From a virus (Duplodnaviria > Heunggongvirae > Uroviricota > Caudoviricetes): a DNA stretch of 38,978 nt. Positions 18,610 through 27,940 of the stretch are shown one piece after another. The stretch is from IMG/VR virus record IMGVR_UViG_2645728091_000012. One strand, given 5' to 3'. A program made the position numbers and the translations under genes. Within the stretch, counting starts at the first letter, position 1. Each line of letters opens with the position of its first letter. Under the pieces are notes generated by a model. It saw only the letters and a program-made list of their open reading frames with translations, made no database searches and was not told the origin of the DNA.

Positions 18610-19013
18610 AGCTCTGGCCCACGCTGGGTGTCGCTTTCCTTCTGATTGCCGCATGGGGAACATCCATACGTCTGTCGTGGTCGCTGGGCCGGGAGAACGC
18701 CAGAAACGAAGCGCAGGCCAGCACCCTGAAAAGTACCGTCGACACCCTGAATATCATCAGCACCGGGGTACAGGATATGCAGCAGGTGCTGGCGCAACTC
18801 CGCGTGGAAAATCAGCAACGCAATCAGGACGGAGAAGCCAGACGTGAACAGCTACGCAACGATATTGCAAAAGATGAATGCGCCCACGCTTTGCCTGATG
18901 CTCGTTTTACTGACAGGTTGCGCAGGCACGCAGAACGCGCCACGGCCAGCGCCGTCAGTCCGGCTTATACCGCAGACGCTGACCATACCGGTAACGCCTC
19001 CCCCCTTCCCTGA
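18606..19013 (+). CDS. lysB: Inner-membrane spanin (LysB/Rz-like)
   Basis: N-terminal transmembrane segment then charged coiled-coil-like region; ATG overlaps endolysin stop. Confidence 0.7.
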   Translation: MKLWPTLGVAFLLIAAWGTSIRLSWSLGRENARNEAQASTLKSTVDTLNIISTGVQDMQQVLAQLRVENQQRNQDGEARREQLRNDIAKDECAHALPDARFTDRLRRHAERATASAVSPAYTADADHTGNASPLP

Positions 19014-19164
19014 CACTCCCACATGGGGAAATCTCGGTATATGGGGCGACCGCCTTCTGGATGCACTGGAAACCTGTAACGCGGATAAACGGGCCATTGA
19101 ATTACTGGAACAGCGCAGACTGCAACGACTGAACAACGAGGACAACAACCATGCTGAAAACTGA
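18874..19164 (+). CDS. lysC: Outer-membrane lipoprotein spanin (LysC/Rz1-like)
   Basis: Starts inside lysB in another frame; lipobox LLTGC; proline-rich; extends past lysB end as in P2. Confidence 0.7.
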   Translation: MNAPTLCLMLVLLTGCAGTQNAPRPAPSVRLIPQTLTIPVTPPPFPDTPTWGNLGIWGDRLLDALETCNADKRAIELLEQRRLQRLNNEDNNHAEN

Positions 19165-19618
19165 TTCCCTGCGTGAAGCCATGACCCGTTCATGCCGATG
19201 GTGTCAGGCCAACCCGGAAAAATTCACCATTTTCGTGGAGAGCGGCAACATTGAAACGACCGGAGAAACGCCCTCGTTTGTTTACCGCTATCAGATGGTG
19301 ATGTTTGTCATGGATTACGCCGGGGAGCTGGACGACCTCACGCTGCCGCTGCTGGCGTGGTTATCCGAAAATCAGCCACAGTTGTTGCTCAACCCTGAGC
19401 GTAATCAGGACATCAAATTTTCCGCCGTTATCAATGACGATGACAGCGCCGATCTCCTGTTTACGCTCCCCCTGCGGGAACGCGTTCGCATCACGCGCAG
19501 CAGTCAGGGCACACCGCAGGCAGAACACCTGCCGGAGCCAAAACCCCGCCTGCCATCTTCCGAAGGCGACTGGTCGCATGTATTCCAGGATGTGACGTGG
19601 GGTGAAAGCGATGGATAA
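19151..19618 (+). CDS. R: Tail completion protein R-like
   Basis: 155-aa ORF, canonical position and size. Confidence 0.75.
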   Translation: MLKTDSLREAMTRSCRWCQANPEKFTIFVESGNIETTGETPSFVYRYQMVMFVMDYAGELDDLTLPLLAWLSENQPQLLLNPERNQDIKFSAVINDDDSADLLFTLPLRERVRITRSSQGTPQAEHLPEPKPRLPSSEGDWSHVFQDVTWGESDG

Positions 19619-20246
19619 GGCATTCACCCGCGTGGATGAAACCTTTGAGGCCATCCGCGACAGCCTGAATCAGCAGGCCATCAATAACATCGCCAGAAAG
19701 CTGGCACAGGATTTACGCCGCGCCCAGCAGGCGCGCATCCGGTCACAGAAAGCGCCGGACGGGACCGCATGGACACCACGCAGACGCCGCGTAACCCGGA
19801 TACAGGAGCGCATTCGCTTTATCTGGAATAACGAAGCACGCACGCTGAAAAACTGGCATCACGACACGGGGAAATACGGGCGAACCATTACCGGGTGGGA
19901 TGAGGATAAAAACAATATCCGCACGTTTTACCGGGATGACATCGACCGTTTTCTGGAAATACGCACCCGGCGCATCAACCAGGACAGCACAAAGCGCGTC
20001 CCCATGTTCGTAAAACTGCGCACCGCCCGCTACCTGAAAGCCCGTGCAGATGCTTCCGGTGTGACGGTGGGTTACAGCGGCGTGGCCGCACGTATTGCAC
20101 GCGTTCATCAGTTCGGTGAGCGCGATCAGGTTGCGCCGGGCATTTTCACCGATTACCCGGTACGTGAGCTGCTGGGTATCAGCCAGGCAGATGAGCGCCT
20201 GATTTATAACACGGTGCTGGGCCGGATTGCGGAGGCTGTACGGTGA
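19611..20246 (+). CDS. S: Tail completion / virion morphogenesis protein S-like
   Basis: Overlaps R stop; start could be GTG 19602 or ATG 19611. Confidence 0.65.
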   Translation: MDKAFTRVDETFEAIRDSLNQQAINNIARKLAQDLRRAQQARIRSQKAPDGTAWTPRRRRVTRIQERIRFIWNNEARTLKNWHHDTGKYGRTITGWDEDKNNIRTFYRDDIDRFLEIRTRRINQDSTKRVPMFVKLRTARYLKARADASGVTVGYSGVAARIARVHQFGERDQVAPGIFTDYPVRELLGISQADERLIYNTVLGRIAEAVR

Positions 20247-20824
20247 GCGCAGAACTCATGCGACTGCTGAGCAACATCATCCGTACCGGGATCATCTCTG
20301 AAGTTGATGAGGAATCCTGGTGCGTGCGCGTTCGCAGCGGCGAACTGGAAACAGGCTGGCTGCGCTGGAACACCACGCGCGCGGGAGCCTTCAATGTGTG
20401 GCTGCCGCCATCACCAGGCGAACAGGTGGTAATTGCCTGCATTGGCGGCAACCCGGAAACCGCCATGATAATTGGCAGCCTGTGGAGTGATGCCAGTCCG
20501 GCCCCCGGCAAAAGCCTGAAAGAAATCGTGATCAGCGCGCCGGATGGCGCGGTGTTCCGCTACGACACGGACGCAGGCGCACTGAGCGCCAGCGGCATGA
20601 AAACAGCCACCCTGCAGGCATCCGTCAGCGTGACACTGGATACGCCCGTCGTGGAATGCACAGACCTTCTGAGAACAGCGACGCTTGACGTCACAAAAGG
20701 GGGAAAGATGAGCGGCAATATCACGCACAGCGGCGGCGATTTCACCTCAAACGGCATCACAGTGCATACGCATAAGCACGGTGGCGTTAAAGGTGGCAGC
20801 GATTCGACAGGAGGCCCGCAGTGA
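20243..20824 (+). CDS. V: Baseplate spike/assembly protein V-like
   Basis: 193-aa ORF, position before W-J-I. Confidence 0.75.
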   Translation: MSAELMRLLSNIIRTGIISEVDEESWCVRVRSGELETGWLRWNTTRAGAFNVWLPPSPGEQVVIACIGGNPETAMIIGSLWSDASPAPGKSLKEIVISAPDGAVFRYDTDAGALSASGMKTATLQASVSVTLDTPVVECTDLLRTATLDVTKGGKMSGNITHSGGDFTSNGITVHTHKHGGVKGGSDSTGGPQ

Positions 20825-21171
20825 CAACCCGCTACACAGGAATGAATCCGGACGGGACGGGAAACCTGAACGATATGGAGCACCTGAAACAGTCAGTCAG
20901 GGACATCCTGATCACCCCGCTGGCAAGCCGGGTTATGCGACGGGAATATGGCAGCCTTGTGCCTGATTTGATTGACGAACCCATGAATAACACAACTCGT
21001 CTGCAATGCATGAGTGCTGCCGTGATTGCGCTGACACGATGGGAACCCCGCATTGCCCTGGACGCCATCGACGTTGTCTGGAAAGCGGGAGGCCGCGCCG
21101 GGGTGACGCTGTCGGGCACTGTCATGCAGACCATGCAGAATGTTGAGTTAACCATCACGCTGAAGGAGTAA
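20821..21171 (+). CDS. W: Baseplate protein W (gp25-like)
   Basis: 116-aa ORF, size and position. Confidence 0.8.
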   Translation: MTTRYTGMNPDGTGNLNDMEHLKQSVRDILITPLASRVMRREYGSLVPDLIDEPMNNTTRLQCMSAAVIALTRWEPRIALDAIDVVWKAGGRAGVTLSGTVMQTMQNVELTITLKE

Positions 21172-21174
21172 ATC

Positions 21175-22071
21175 ATGCCCGCCGTTGACCTTTCCCAGTT
21201 ACCGGAACCCGCCATCATCGCGGAGCCTGACTTTGAGGCAATTCTGGCTGACACAAAGGCCATGATGATTGCGGCTTATCCCGCCGAACAGCGTGAAGCC
21301 GTCTCCGCCGCGCTGGAGCTGGAATCGGAACCCCTGAACGTTATCGCCCAGACAACAGCGTTTCGTGAAATGCTGTTACGCCAGCGGGTCAATGAGGGGG
21401 CACGCGCCTGCATGTTAAGCCACAGCGCCGGGACAGACCTGGACAACCTCGCGGGCAATATGAACACAAAGCGCCTGACCATCACTCCGGCAACGGATAC
21501 CACCGACGCAGTGATGGAAAGTGACACCTCGCTGAGACTGCGGGCACAGCGGGCGTACGATGGCCTGAGTGTTGCTGGCCCGTCAGGTGCATACGAGTAT
21601 TTTGCACGCAGCGCCAGCGGTCTGGTGCGTGATGCGCGGGCCATCAGCCCGTCTCCGGCCTGTGTGACGGTTTCCATTCTGTCCACTGAAGGCGACGGCA
21701 CAGCAACGGAGGCGTTGCTTAATACCGTTCGCGCCGTTCTGAATGCAGAGGATACCCGTCCGGTGGCCGACCGCCTGACCGTACAGAGCGCCAGAATCGT
21801 GACATGGCGGCTGAATGCAAAACTGTACTTTTACCCCGGCCCGGAATCCGAACCTATTCTGGCCGCGGCTGAATCGTCGTTCAGGAAGTGGCTGGCTGAG
21901 CAGGGGCTTATCGGTCAGGACGTGGCGTTGTCCGCCATTGCTGCCGCACTGCATGTGCACGGTGTGCAACGCGTGGAGATAATCGAACCCACACAGAATA
22001 TGGCCATCAGCGACATACAGGCGGCGCGCTGTGAGTCATTCACCATCAGCGAAGGTGGGCGCAATGAGTAA
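21175..22071 (+). CDS. J: Baseplate assembly protein J-like
   Basis: 298-aa ORF, size and position. Confidence 0.8.
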   Translation: MPAVDLSQLPEPAIIAEPDFEAILADTKAMMIAAYPAEQREAVSAALELESEPLNVIAQTTAFREMLLRQRVNEGARACMLSHSAGTDLDNLAGNMNTKRLTITPATDTTDAVMESDTSLRLRAQRAYDGLSVAGPSGAYEYFARSASGLVRDARAISPSPACVTVSILSTEGDGTATEALLNTVRAVLNAEDTRPVADRLTVQSARIVTWRLNAKLYFYPGPESEPILAAAESSFRKWLAEQGLIGQDVALSAIAAALHVHGVQRVEIIEPTQNMAISDIQAARCESFTISEGGRNE

Positions 22072-22672
22072 TTCGTTGTTACCACCATCAGCCAGCAATT
22101 TCATGCGTTGTGCCGAAGCCGTCGGAACACGCATTACAGACATTCCGGTAGACCTCAACACGCTGTGGTCGCCGGACACCTGCCCGGTGCATCTGCTGCC
22201 TTATCTCGCCTGGGCGTTTTCCGTTGACCGCTGGGATCGCAACTGGCCGGAAGAGACAAAGCGACAGGTGATTCGTGATGCATGGCTGATACACCGACAC
22301 AAAGGGACCATCAGCGCACTGCGAAGAGCCGTGGAGCCTCTCGGTTACCTGATTGAAGTAAAGGAGTGGTGGCAACTCAACGAGGAGCCGGGAACATTTC
22401 GCATTGTTGTCGGAGTACTTGATCAGGGCATCACCGATGAAATGTATCAGGAACTTGAGCGCCTTATTGCGGATGCAAAACCAGTAAGTCGCCATCTGAC
22501 GGGGCTGGCGATCAGCCTGAGTGTGAACGGAAAGATTTTCGTTGGTACGGGATGCTATCACGGCGATGCCCTGACGGTTTATCCCTACACCCCGGAGTCC
22601 ATTATTGTCGAAGGGGACTATTTCCCTGCCCCGGCCATTCATTTAATTGATAATCTGAGAGTAAACGCATGA
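22064..22672 (+). CDS. I: Baseplate/tail protein I-like
   Basis: ATG 22064 overlapping J stop; same frame as ORF-track 22031 ORF. Confidence 0.7.
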   Translation: MSNSLLPPSASNFMRCAEAVGTRITDIPVDLNTLWSPDTCPVHLLPYLAWAFSVDRWDRNWPEETKRQVIRDAWLIHRHKGTISALRRAVEPLGYLIEVKEWWQLNEEPGTFRIVVGVLDQGITDEMYQELERLIADAKPVSRHLTGLAISLSVNGKIFVGTGCYHGDALTVYPYTPESIIVEGDYFPAPAIHLIDNLRVNA

Positions 22673-24702
22673 CAGTGAAATACTACGCCATTCTGACTAA
22701 TCAGGGCGCGGCACGACTGGCTAACGCGACGATGCTCGGCAGTAAGCTGAATCTGACGCAAATGGCCGTTGGTGATGCAAATGGTGTGTTACCAACACCA
22801 GACCCTGCACAAACAAAACTGATTAACCAGAAACGCATTGCACCGCTGAATCTTCTGAGTGTTGACCCTAACAATCAGAGCCAGATTATTGCGGAGCAAA
22901 TCATCCCTGAAAACGAGGGAGGATTCTGGATCCGTGAGATTGGTCTTTATGATGATGAAGGTGTACTCATTGCGGTGGCAAACTGCCCGGAAACGTACAA
23001 ACCGCAGTTGCAGGAAGGCAGTGGTCGTACCCAGACTATCCGCATGATTCTGGTTGTCACGAACACCGAAGCCATCACGCTGAAAATCGACCCGTCTGTG
23101 GTTCTGGCAACCCGCAAATATGTGGATGATAAAATCTCAGAGCACGAACAGTCACGACATCACCCGGACGCCTCGCTGACCGCAAAAGGTTTTACTCAGT
23201 TAAGCAGTGCAATTAACAGTGAATCAGAAACACTGGCCGCAACACCGAAAGCAGTTAAGGCTGCATATGACCTGGCTGACGGGAAATATACCGCCCAGAA
23301 CGCCACCACAACACAAAAAGGGATTGTTCAGCTCAGTAGCGCCACGAACAGCACGTCTGAAACGCTGGCAGCAACACCAAAAGCTGTTAAGGCGGTAATG
23401 GATGAAACGAACAAGAAAGCACCATTAAACAGCCCGGCACTGACCGGAACGCCAACAACACCAACAGCGCCACAGGGGACTAATAGTACCCAGATCGCAA
23501 GCACGGCTTTCGTTATGGCCGCGATTGCCGCACTTGTAGATTCGTCACCTGATGCACTAAACACGCTGAGCGAACTGGCTGCGGCGCTGGGCAATGACCC
23601 GAATTTTGCGACCACCATGACTAACGCGCTTGCGGGTAAGCAACCGAAAGATGCCACCCTGACGGCGCTGGCCGGGCTTGTTACTGCGGCAGACAGGTTT
23701 CCGTATTTTACGGGGAATGACGTTGCCAGTTTGGCAACCCTGACAGAAGTCGGGCGGGATATTCTTGCGAAATCGACCGTTGCCGCTGTTATCGAATACC
23801 TCGGTTTACAGGAAACGGTAAACAAGGCTGGTAACGCCGTTCAGCGTTCCGGCGATAAAATGACCGGAGAACTGAAAATTGGAACGATGAATGCGCTGCG
23901 AATTTTTAATGATGCCTTCGGTCTTATTTTCCGCCGTTCAGAAGAGTCCCTTCATTTCATCCCTACGGCTGAAGGACAAGGCGAAAACGGTGATATCGGC
24001 CCATTAAGGCCATTCGCTATAAATCTAAGAACAGGTGCTATATATGTCAGCCACGGGGCCAAAATTGAAGGAGGTCTAGCTATTGGTGCTACTGATAACG
24101 CACTGGGTGAAAACTCCATTGTTCTGGGAGATAACGACACCGGATTTAGGCAAGATGGAGATGGTATTATTAGCTTCTATTCAAATGGTTCGCGCATCGG
24201 ACATATTGATGGGTTAGGATTACATCTTTATAAAGATATTGAATCTAATTGCAGCAATTTTAGATTAAAAAGTAATTACCGCCACCACATTACATTCACC
24301 AACGAAGACGGAAGTATTCGTATGTTTTTGTGGAAAGATAACGGTGGTGATGGTGTTCATATTAATAACGGTTCAGATGGTGGTGGTGATTTCATTTTTA
24401 AAACAGATGGGGGATTTGCGCTGGGAAGTGGTGCGCAAGTTGCGTCTAGTGGCGATATTTATGGTTCAGTGTGGGGAAACAACTGGTTAAGCACATGGCT
24501 GCATAATCATGTCGTTCGGGATATTCGTCTTGGCAGCATTGAATATAAAAACGTATGGCGCGACTACGGCTTTGGCGATGCGTCAGGTTATGTTTTAACA
24601 GCCGCAATTAACGGCAATGCGGATGATCTTGTCGACACTGTTGCCAGAAGGCCAATTCAGAAATTGATTGGGGGAATATGGTACAACGTGGGGAGTGTTT
24701 AA
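22669..24702 (+). CDS. H: Tail fibre protein H (constant N-terminal part plus currently expressed variable C-terminal part)
   Basis: 677-aa ORF; internal tandem repeat [13 protein letters not shown] x2; contains recombination site at 23789-23814; AT-rich C-terminal receptor-binding part. Confidence 0.85.
   Translation: MTVKYYAILTNQGAARLANATMLGSKLNLTQMAVGDANGVLPTPDPAQTKLINQKRIAPLNLLSVDPNNQSQIIAEQIIPENEGGFWIREIGLYDDEGVLIAVANCPETYKPQLQEGSGRTQTIRMILVVTNTEAITLKIDPSVVLATRKYVDDKISEHEQSRHHPDASLTAKGFTQLSSAINSESETLAATPKAVKAAYDLADGKYTAQNATTTQKGIVQLSSATNSTSETLAATPKAVKAVMDETNKKAPLNSPALTGTPTTPTAPQGTNSTQIASTAFVMAAIAALVDSSPDALNTLSELAAALGNDPNFATTMTNALAGKQPKDATLTALAGLVTAADRFPYFTGNDVASLATLTEVGRDILAKSTVAAVIEYLGLQETVNKAGNAVQRSGDKMTGELKIGTMNALRIFNDAFGLIFRRSEESLHFIPTAEGQGENGDIGPLRPFAINLRTGAIYVSHGAKIEGGLAIGATDNALGENSIVLGDNDTGFRQDGDGIISFYSNGSRIGHIDGLGLHLYKDIESNCSNFRLKSNYRHHITFTNEDGSIRMFLWKDNGGDGVHINNGSDGGGDFIFKTDGGFALGSGAQVASSGDIYGSVWGNNWLSTWLHNHVVRDIRLGSIEYKNVWRDYGFGDASGYVLTAAINGNADDLVDTVARRPIQKLIGGIWYNVGSV
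23789..23814. repeat. Left crossover site of invertible segment (gix/hix-like, 26 bp)
   Basis: TTATCGAATACCTCGGTTTACAGGAA matches the reverse complement of the site at 26741-26766 at 24 of 26 positions. Confidence 0.8.
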
Positions 24703-24703
24703 G

Positions 24704-25231
24704 ATGATGCACTTAAAAAATATTACTGCTGGCAACCCTAAAACAAAAGAACAATACCAGCTAACTGAAAAAGCGGGCGTGGTATGGCTCTTTTGCGAAG
24801 ATGGCAAAAACTGGTATGAGGAACAAAAGAATTTTCAGCCAGACACCATAAAAATTGCTTACGATGAGAACAACATCATCGTTGCTGTCAGTAAAGACGT
24901 TTCAACTATTAATCCTGAAGGGCTAAGCATAGTTGAAGTTCCTGATATTACGGCAAATCGTCGCGCAGACAATAACGGAAAATGGATGTTTCTGTATGGT
25001 AAAGTAGTAAAGAGGGAATATACAGAACAGGAACTGCAACAACAGGCCGAATCACAAAAGGCCGCGTTGCTTTCTGAAGCAGAAAGCGTTATTCAGCCAC
25101 TGGAACGCGCTGTCAGGCTGAACATGGCAACAGATGAGGAGCGTAGCCGACTGGAAGCATGGGAGCGCTACAGTGTTCTGGTCAGCCGTGTGGATACGGC
25201 AAATCCTGAATGGCCACAAAAGCCTGAATAA
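24704..25231 (+). CDS. G: Tail fibre assembly chaperone (gpG-like), active-orientation copy
   Basis: Starts [20 protein letters not shown]; paired with H variable part. Confidence 0.8.
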   Translation: MMHLKNITAGNPKTKEQYQLTEKAGVVWLFCEDGKNWYEEQKNFQPDTIKIAYDENNIIVAVSKDVSTINPEGLSIVEVPDITANRRADNNGKWMFLYGKVVKREYTEQELQQQAESQKAALLSEAESVIQPLERAVRLNMATDEERSRLEAWERYSVLVSRVDTANPEWPQKPE

Positions 25232-25236
25232 AAATT

Positions 25237-25256
25237 AAGGCCCGATAGCGGGCCTT
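25237..25256. terminator. Hairpin between the convergent tail-fibre assembly genes
   Basis: AAGGCCCG-ATAG-CGGGCCTT perfect 8-bp stem; A/T-rich flank on one side. Confidence 0.5.
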
Positions 25257-25259
25257 GTC

Positions 25260-25793
25260 TCATTCTGGTTGTTCTGGAAACGTTACTGGCAGGCTGGAGG
25301 TGTCTGTAGATTCGACTTTCTGCGCATAGAGCATCCACTCGGTTAATTTTTGTTTATTCTCGTCGGAAATGATGCCCAGCCGTAGCTGTGAGTCCCATAG
25401 CTGGGTTTTATCCCTGACAAGTTGCAACAGGCTTTGCTTTTCATTTTCCGCCTGTTGCCTCTGCTCTTCCCCGGTATAAGTTCGCTTTATCACTGCGCCA
25501 TCTTTGAACATCCATTTACCCGAAATATCAGCCCGGCGATTTGCTGTAATATCAGGTAATTCAACGACGCTTGCGCCTTCCGGATTAATTGCTGAAACAT
25601 CCTTTTCAATACAAATAATAACGCCGTTATGGTCATAGGCCATTTTCAATGTGTCTGGCCGGAAATTCTTTTGTTCCTCATACCAGTTTTTTCCATCATC
25701 TGAATAAAGCCATTTGATGTTAAATTGCTTTGTTAGCTGGTATTGCTCTTTTGTTTTAGGATTGCCAGCAGTAATGTTTTTTAAGTGCATCAT
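25260..25793 (-). CDS. Alternative tail fibre assembly chaperone (G')
   Basis: 177 aa; N-terminus nearly identical to G, then diverges. Confidence 0.8.
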   Translation of the reverse strand: MMHLKNITAGNPKTKEQYQLTKQFNIKWLYSDDGKNWYEEQKNFRPDTLKMAYDHNGVIICIEKDVSAINPEGASVVELPDITANRRADISGKWMFKDGAVIKRTYTGEEQRQQAENEKQSLLQLVRDKTQLWDSQLRLGIISDENKQKLTEWMLYAQKVESTDTSSLPVTFPEQPE

Positions 25794-25795
25794 AA

Positions 25796-26740
25796 TTAAA
25801 TACTCCCTGCGTTATACCACGTTCCATTAATGCAATACTGAATTGGCCTTGCCTGAGTTGTATCAATTAATTCATCACGGTTTCCGTTAACTGAACCAGT
25901 AACGACATAACCTGACCTGTCAGACCAGCCAGGACCATTCCATGTCTGAACAGATGACAGACCGCCAAGGCGAATACCTGTAATAAACCTTGAGTTACAT
26001 TCTGCCTGCGTATATGCACCAACATCTCCCGCAGAGGGTTTGCGTGTTGTGGTGTAAAACTCTGACCAGTTAGCTTCAAAGCCATAACCATCACGCGCTG
26101 AACGATAAAAGATACCGCCATTTCTGTAATTCACGCGGAACTGTACAGCAGGGCAACTCCCCGCATTCATATTAAAGTGGAGGATTAATGTCGATGCGCC
26201 ACTGATATCTGCATTATAAACGCCGCTATTCCAGTTCCAGCCAACAGCTTTATCATTTGCAACCCTGCTTCCTGTTTGCCCTAAAGCAAATGCAGGCTGC
26301 TGGTTTTTCGTGTTGTAGTCTCGTCGCCAGCCAGGAGCGTAAGCATCACCATGATTAATATAAGTGAATTGAGCGTTAGTGATTCCGCCGCCGCTGGACG
26401 TACTCGGCGTGGTAACGCGTATGGTCATTGCGCCGCGAGTGCCAATAACTTCCACCACAGCACCTGCAAGACAAATATTTCCGCAACCTGTATCTGTAAT
26501 GACCTTATTGTTTGCATAAGCCCATGAGCCTTTGCACATCCAGTAAGGATGGTTAAATGCTCCCTGACTCTCCAGCCACGAAATAAATTGCGCGGTTGTC
26601 CAGACCTGACTATCACCACCAATATTCAGCCATGCGCTATATGCGCGGCAGGCACCAATATTTTTGGTGAAGGTATCTTTTCCTGGAATATCTGCGCCGT
26701 TCTGGTTTTTCTGTAATGCGCCAGAAGCCTGATTTACCGT
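25796..26740 (-). CDS. Alternative tail-fibre C-terminal variable segment (silent orientation, no own start)
   Basis: Reading the minus strand from the right crossover site is open and in frame with the H constant part after inversion; C-terminus GTWYNAGSI parallels H's GIWYNVGSV. Confidence 0.75.
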   Translation of the reverse strand, partial: TVNQASGALQKNQNGADIPGKDTFTKNIGACRAYSAWLNIGGDSQVWTTAQFISWLESQGAFNHPYWMCKGSWAYANNKVITDTGCGNICLAGAVVEVIGTRGAMTIRVTTPSTSSGGGITNAQFTYINHGDAYAPGWRRDYNTKNQQPAFALGQTGSRVANDKAVGWNWNSGVYNADISGASTLILHFNMNAGSCPAVQFRVNYRNGGIFYRSARDGYGFEANWSEFYTTTRKPSAGDVGAYTQAECNSRFITGIRLGGLSSVQTWNGPGWSDRSGYVVTGSVNGNRDELIDTTQARPIQYCINGTWYNAGSI

Positions 26741-26766
26741 TTCCTGTAAACCGAGGTTTTAGATAA
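26741..26766. repeat. Right crossover site of invertible segment (gix/hix-like)
   Basis: TTCCTGTAAACCGAGGTTTTAGATAA, inverted copy of the site inside H. Confidence 0.8.
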
Positions 26767-26820
26767 TGGCCGTTTCCGGCCTGCATGGCATGATTTGCGC
26801 TTTTGGACGGGAGATTCAGT

Positions 26821-27411
26821 GTGCTGATTGGTTATGTAAGGGTATCAACAAATGACCAGAATACAGACCTGCAACGAAACGCTCTTGTTTGTGCAGGATG
26901 TGAACAAATATTTGAAGATAAATTAAGCGGAACAAAGACAGACCGACCGGGATTAAAACGCGCTTTAAAGCAGCTTCAAAAAGGTGACACGCTGGTTGTC
27001 TGGAAACTGGATCGCCTTGGGCGAAGCATGAAACATCTGATTTCTCTCGTCGGAGAACTACGGGAGCGAGGGATTAATTTTCGCAGTCTGACCGACAGCA
27101 TAGATACATCTTCTCCAATGGGGCGTTTTTTCTTCCACGTGATGGGTGCCCTGGCTGAAATGGAACGTGAATTAATTGTTGAACGTACACTGGCCGGACT
27201 GGCGGCAGCGCGCGCACGGGGGCGCACAGGCGGACGTCGACCGAAGCTGACAAAAGAACAGCATGAGCAAATAGCAAGGCTGATTAAAAACGGTCACGAC
27301 AGAAAACAACTGGCAATAATTTACAGCATTGGTATATCGACAATTTATCGTTACCACCCCGCAGGAGAATCAAGTGGAACAATTGAGAAGAGTAAACAAA
27401 ATAACCGCTAA
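26821..27411 (+). CDS. Serine DNA invertase (Gin/Hin/Pin/Cin family)
   Basis: Begins (V)LIGYVRVSTNDQ with catalytic Ser context; resolvase-type N-terminal domain and C-terminal HTH; next to invertible segment. GTG start at 26821 preferred over ORF-track TTG 26803. Confidence 0.85.
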   Translation: MLIGYVRVSTNDQNTDLQRNALVCAGCEQIFEDKLSGTKTDRPGLKRALKQLQKGDTLVVWKLDRLGRSMKHLISLVGELRERGINFRSLTDSIDTSSPMGRFFFHVMGALAEMERELIVERTLAGLAAARARGRTGGRRPKLTKEQHEQIARLIKNGHDRKQLAIIYSIGISTIYRYHPAGESSGTIEKSKQNNR

Positions 27412-27434
27412 TCTGGCCATTAGCGGTTTTTGTG
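27403..27434. terminator. Bidirectional intrinsic terminator between invertase and gene U
   Basis: AACCGCTAAT-CTGGCC-ATTAGCGGTT stem-loop flanked by A-run upstream and T-run downstream. Confidence 0.65.
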
Positions 27435-27439
27435 TTAAA

Positions 27440-27934
27440 TCAGAACAGCCCTTTAACGGAGCTGGCCGCGCTGTTAAGGGATGATGTGACCTTATCTTTG
27501 AAGCCGGACAGCATATCACTGAACGATGAGGATTGCAGGCGTTCCCGCAAATCCTCATCGCAGCGTTCAAGAGTCAGTGAAAACTCTATCTTTTTCGCCT
27601 TGCCGTAGCGATCAAACTCGGAACGGGTCGTATTCGTTTCAGTCAGTACATACATGCCGTAAATCTGCCCGACACCATCAATCAGAGGCCAGGGGCGTCC
27701 TGTATATGCCTGCGTGGTCAGCAACGAAAGCGACACTTCGCCACCTGTAATTTCAGGATAAAGCACGCCGGAAAGCACGATGCGATCATCACCTGCGCCG
27801 ATATACTGCCAGCTTGCTGAACGGTTAACGCGTTCATTTTTCACATGCCGCCAGCTTTTGTTTTGCTGTAACTGCTGATGCGGCAATGTGCGCAGCTCAA
27901 AAACAAACATGCCGTAGATCATCATCATGGCCAT
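27440..27934 (-). CDS. U: Tail protein U-like
   Basis: 164-aa ORF; gpU-like features (SWRH, YGMYV). Confidence 0.8.
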   Translation of the reverse strand: MAMMMIYGMFVFELRTLPHQQLQQNKSWRHVKNERVNRSASWQYIGAGDDRIVLSGVLYPEITGGEVSLSLLTTQAYTGRPWPLIDGVGQIYGMYVLTETNTTRSEFDRYGKAKKIEFSLTLERCDEDLRERLQSSSFSDMLSGFKDKVTSSLNSAASSVKGLF

Positions 27935-27940
27935 GACTCC

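Larger units (their letters stand above)
23815..26740. mobile_element. Invertible tail-fibre host-range segment (Mu G-segment / P1 C-segment type)
   Basis: Bounded by inverted 26-bp sites; holds two alternative fibre C-termini and two tail-fibre assembly genes in head-to-head arrangement; invertase gene adjacent. Confidence 0.8.

Noticed and set aside
23200-23400. Tandem near-identical DNA repeats inside tail fibre gene H
   Set aside because: These encode the protein-level repeat [13 protein letters not shown] typical of tail fibres; no spacer architecture, not CRISPR.
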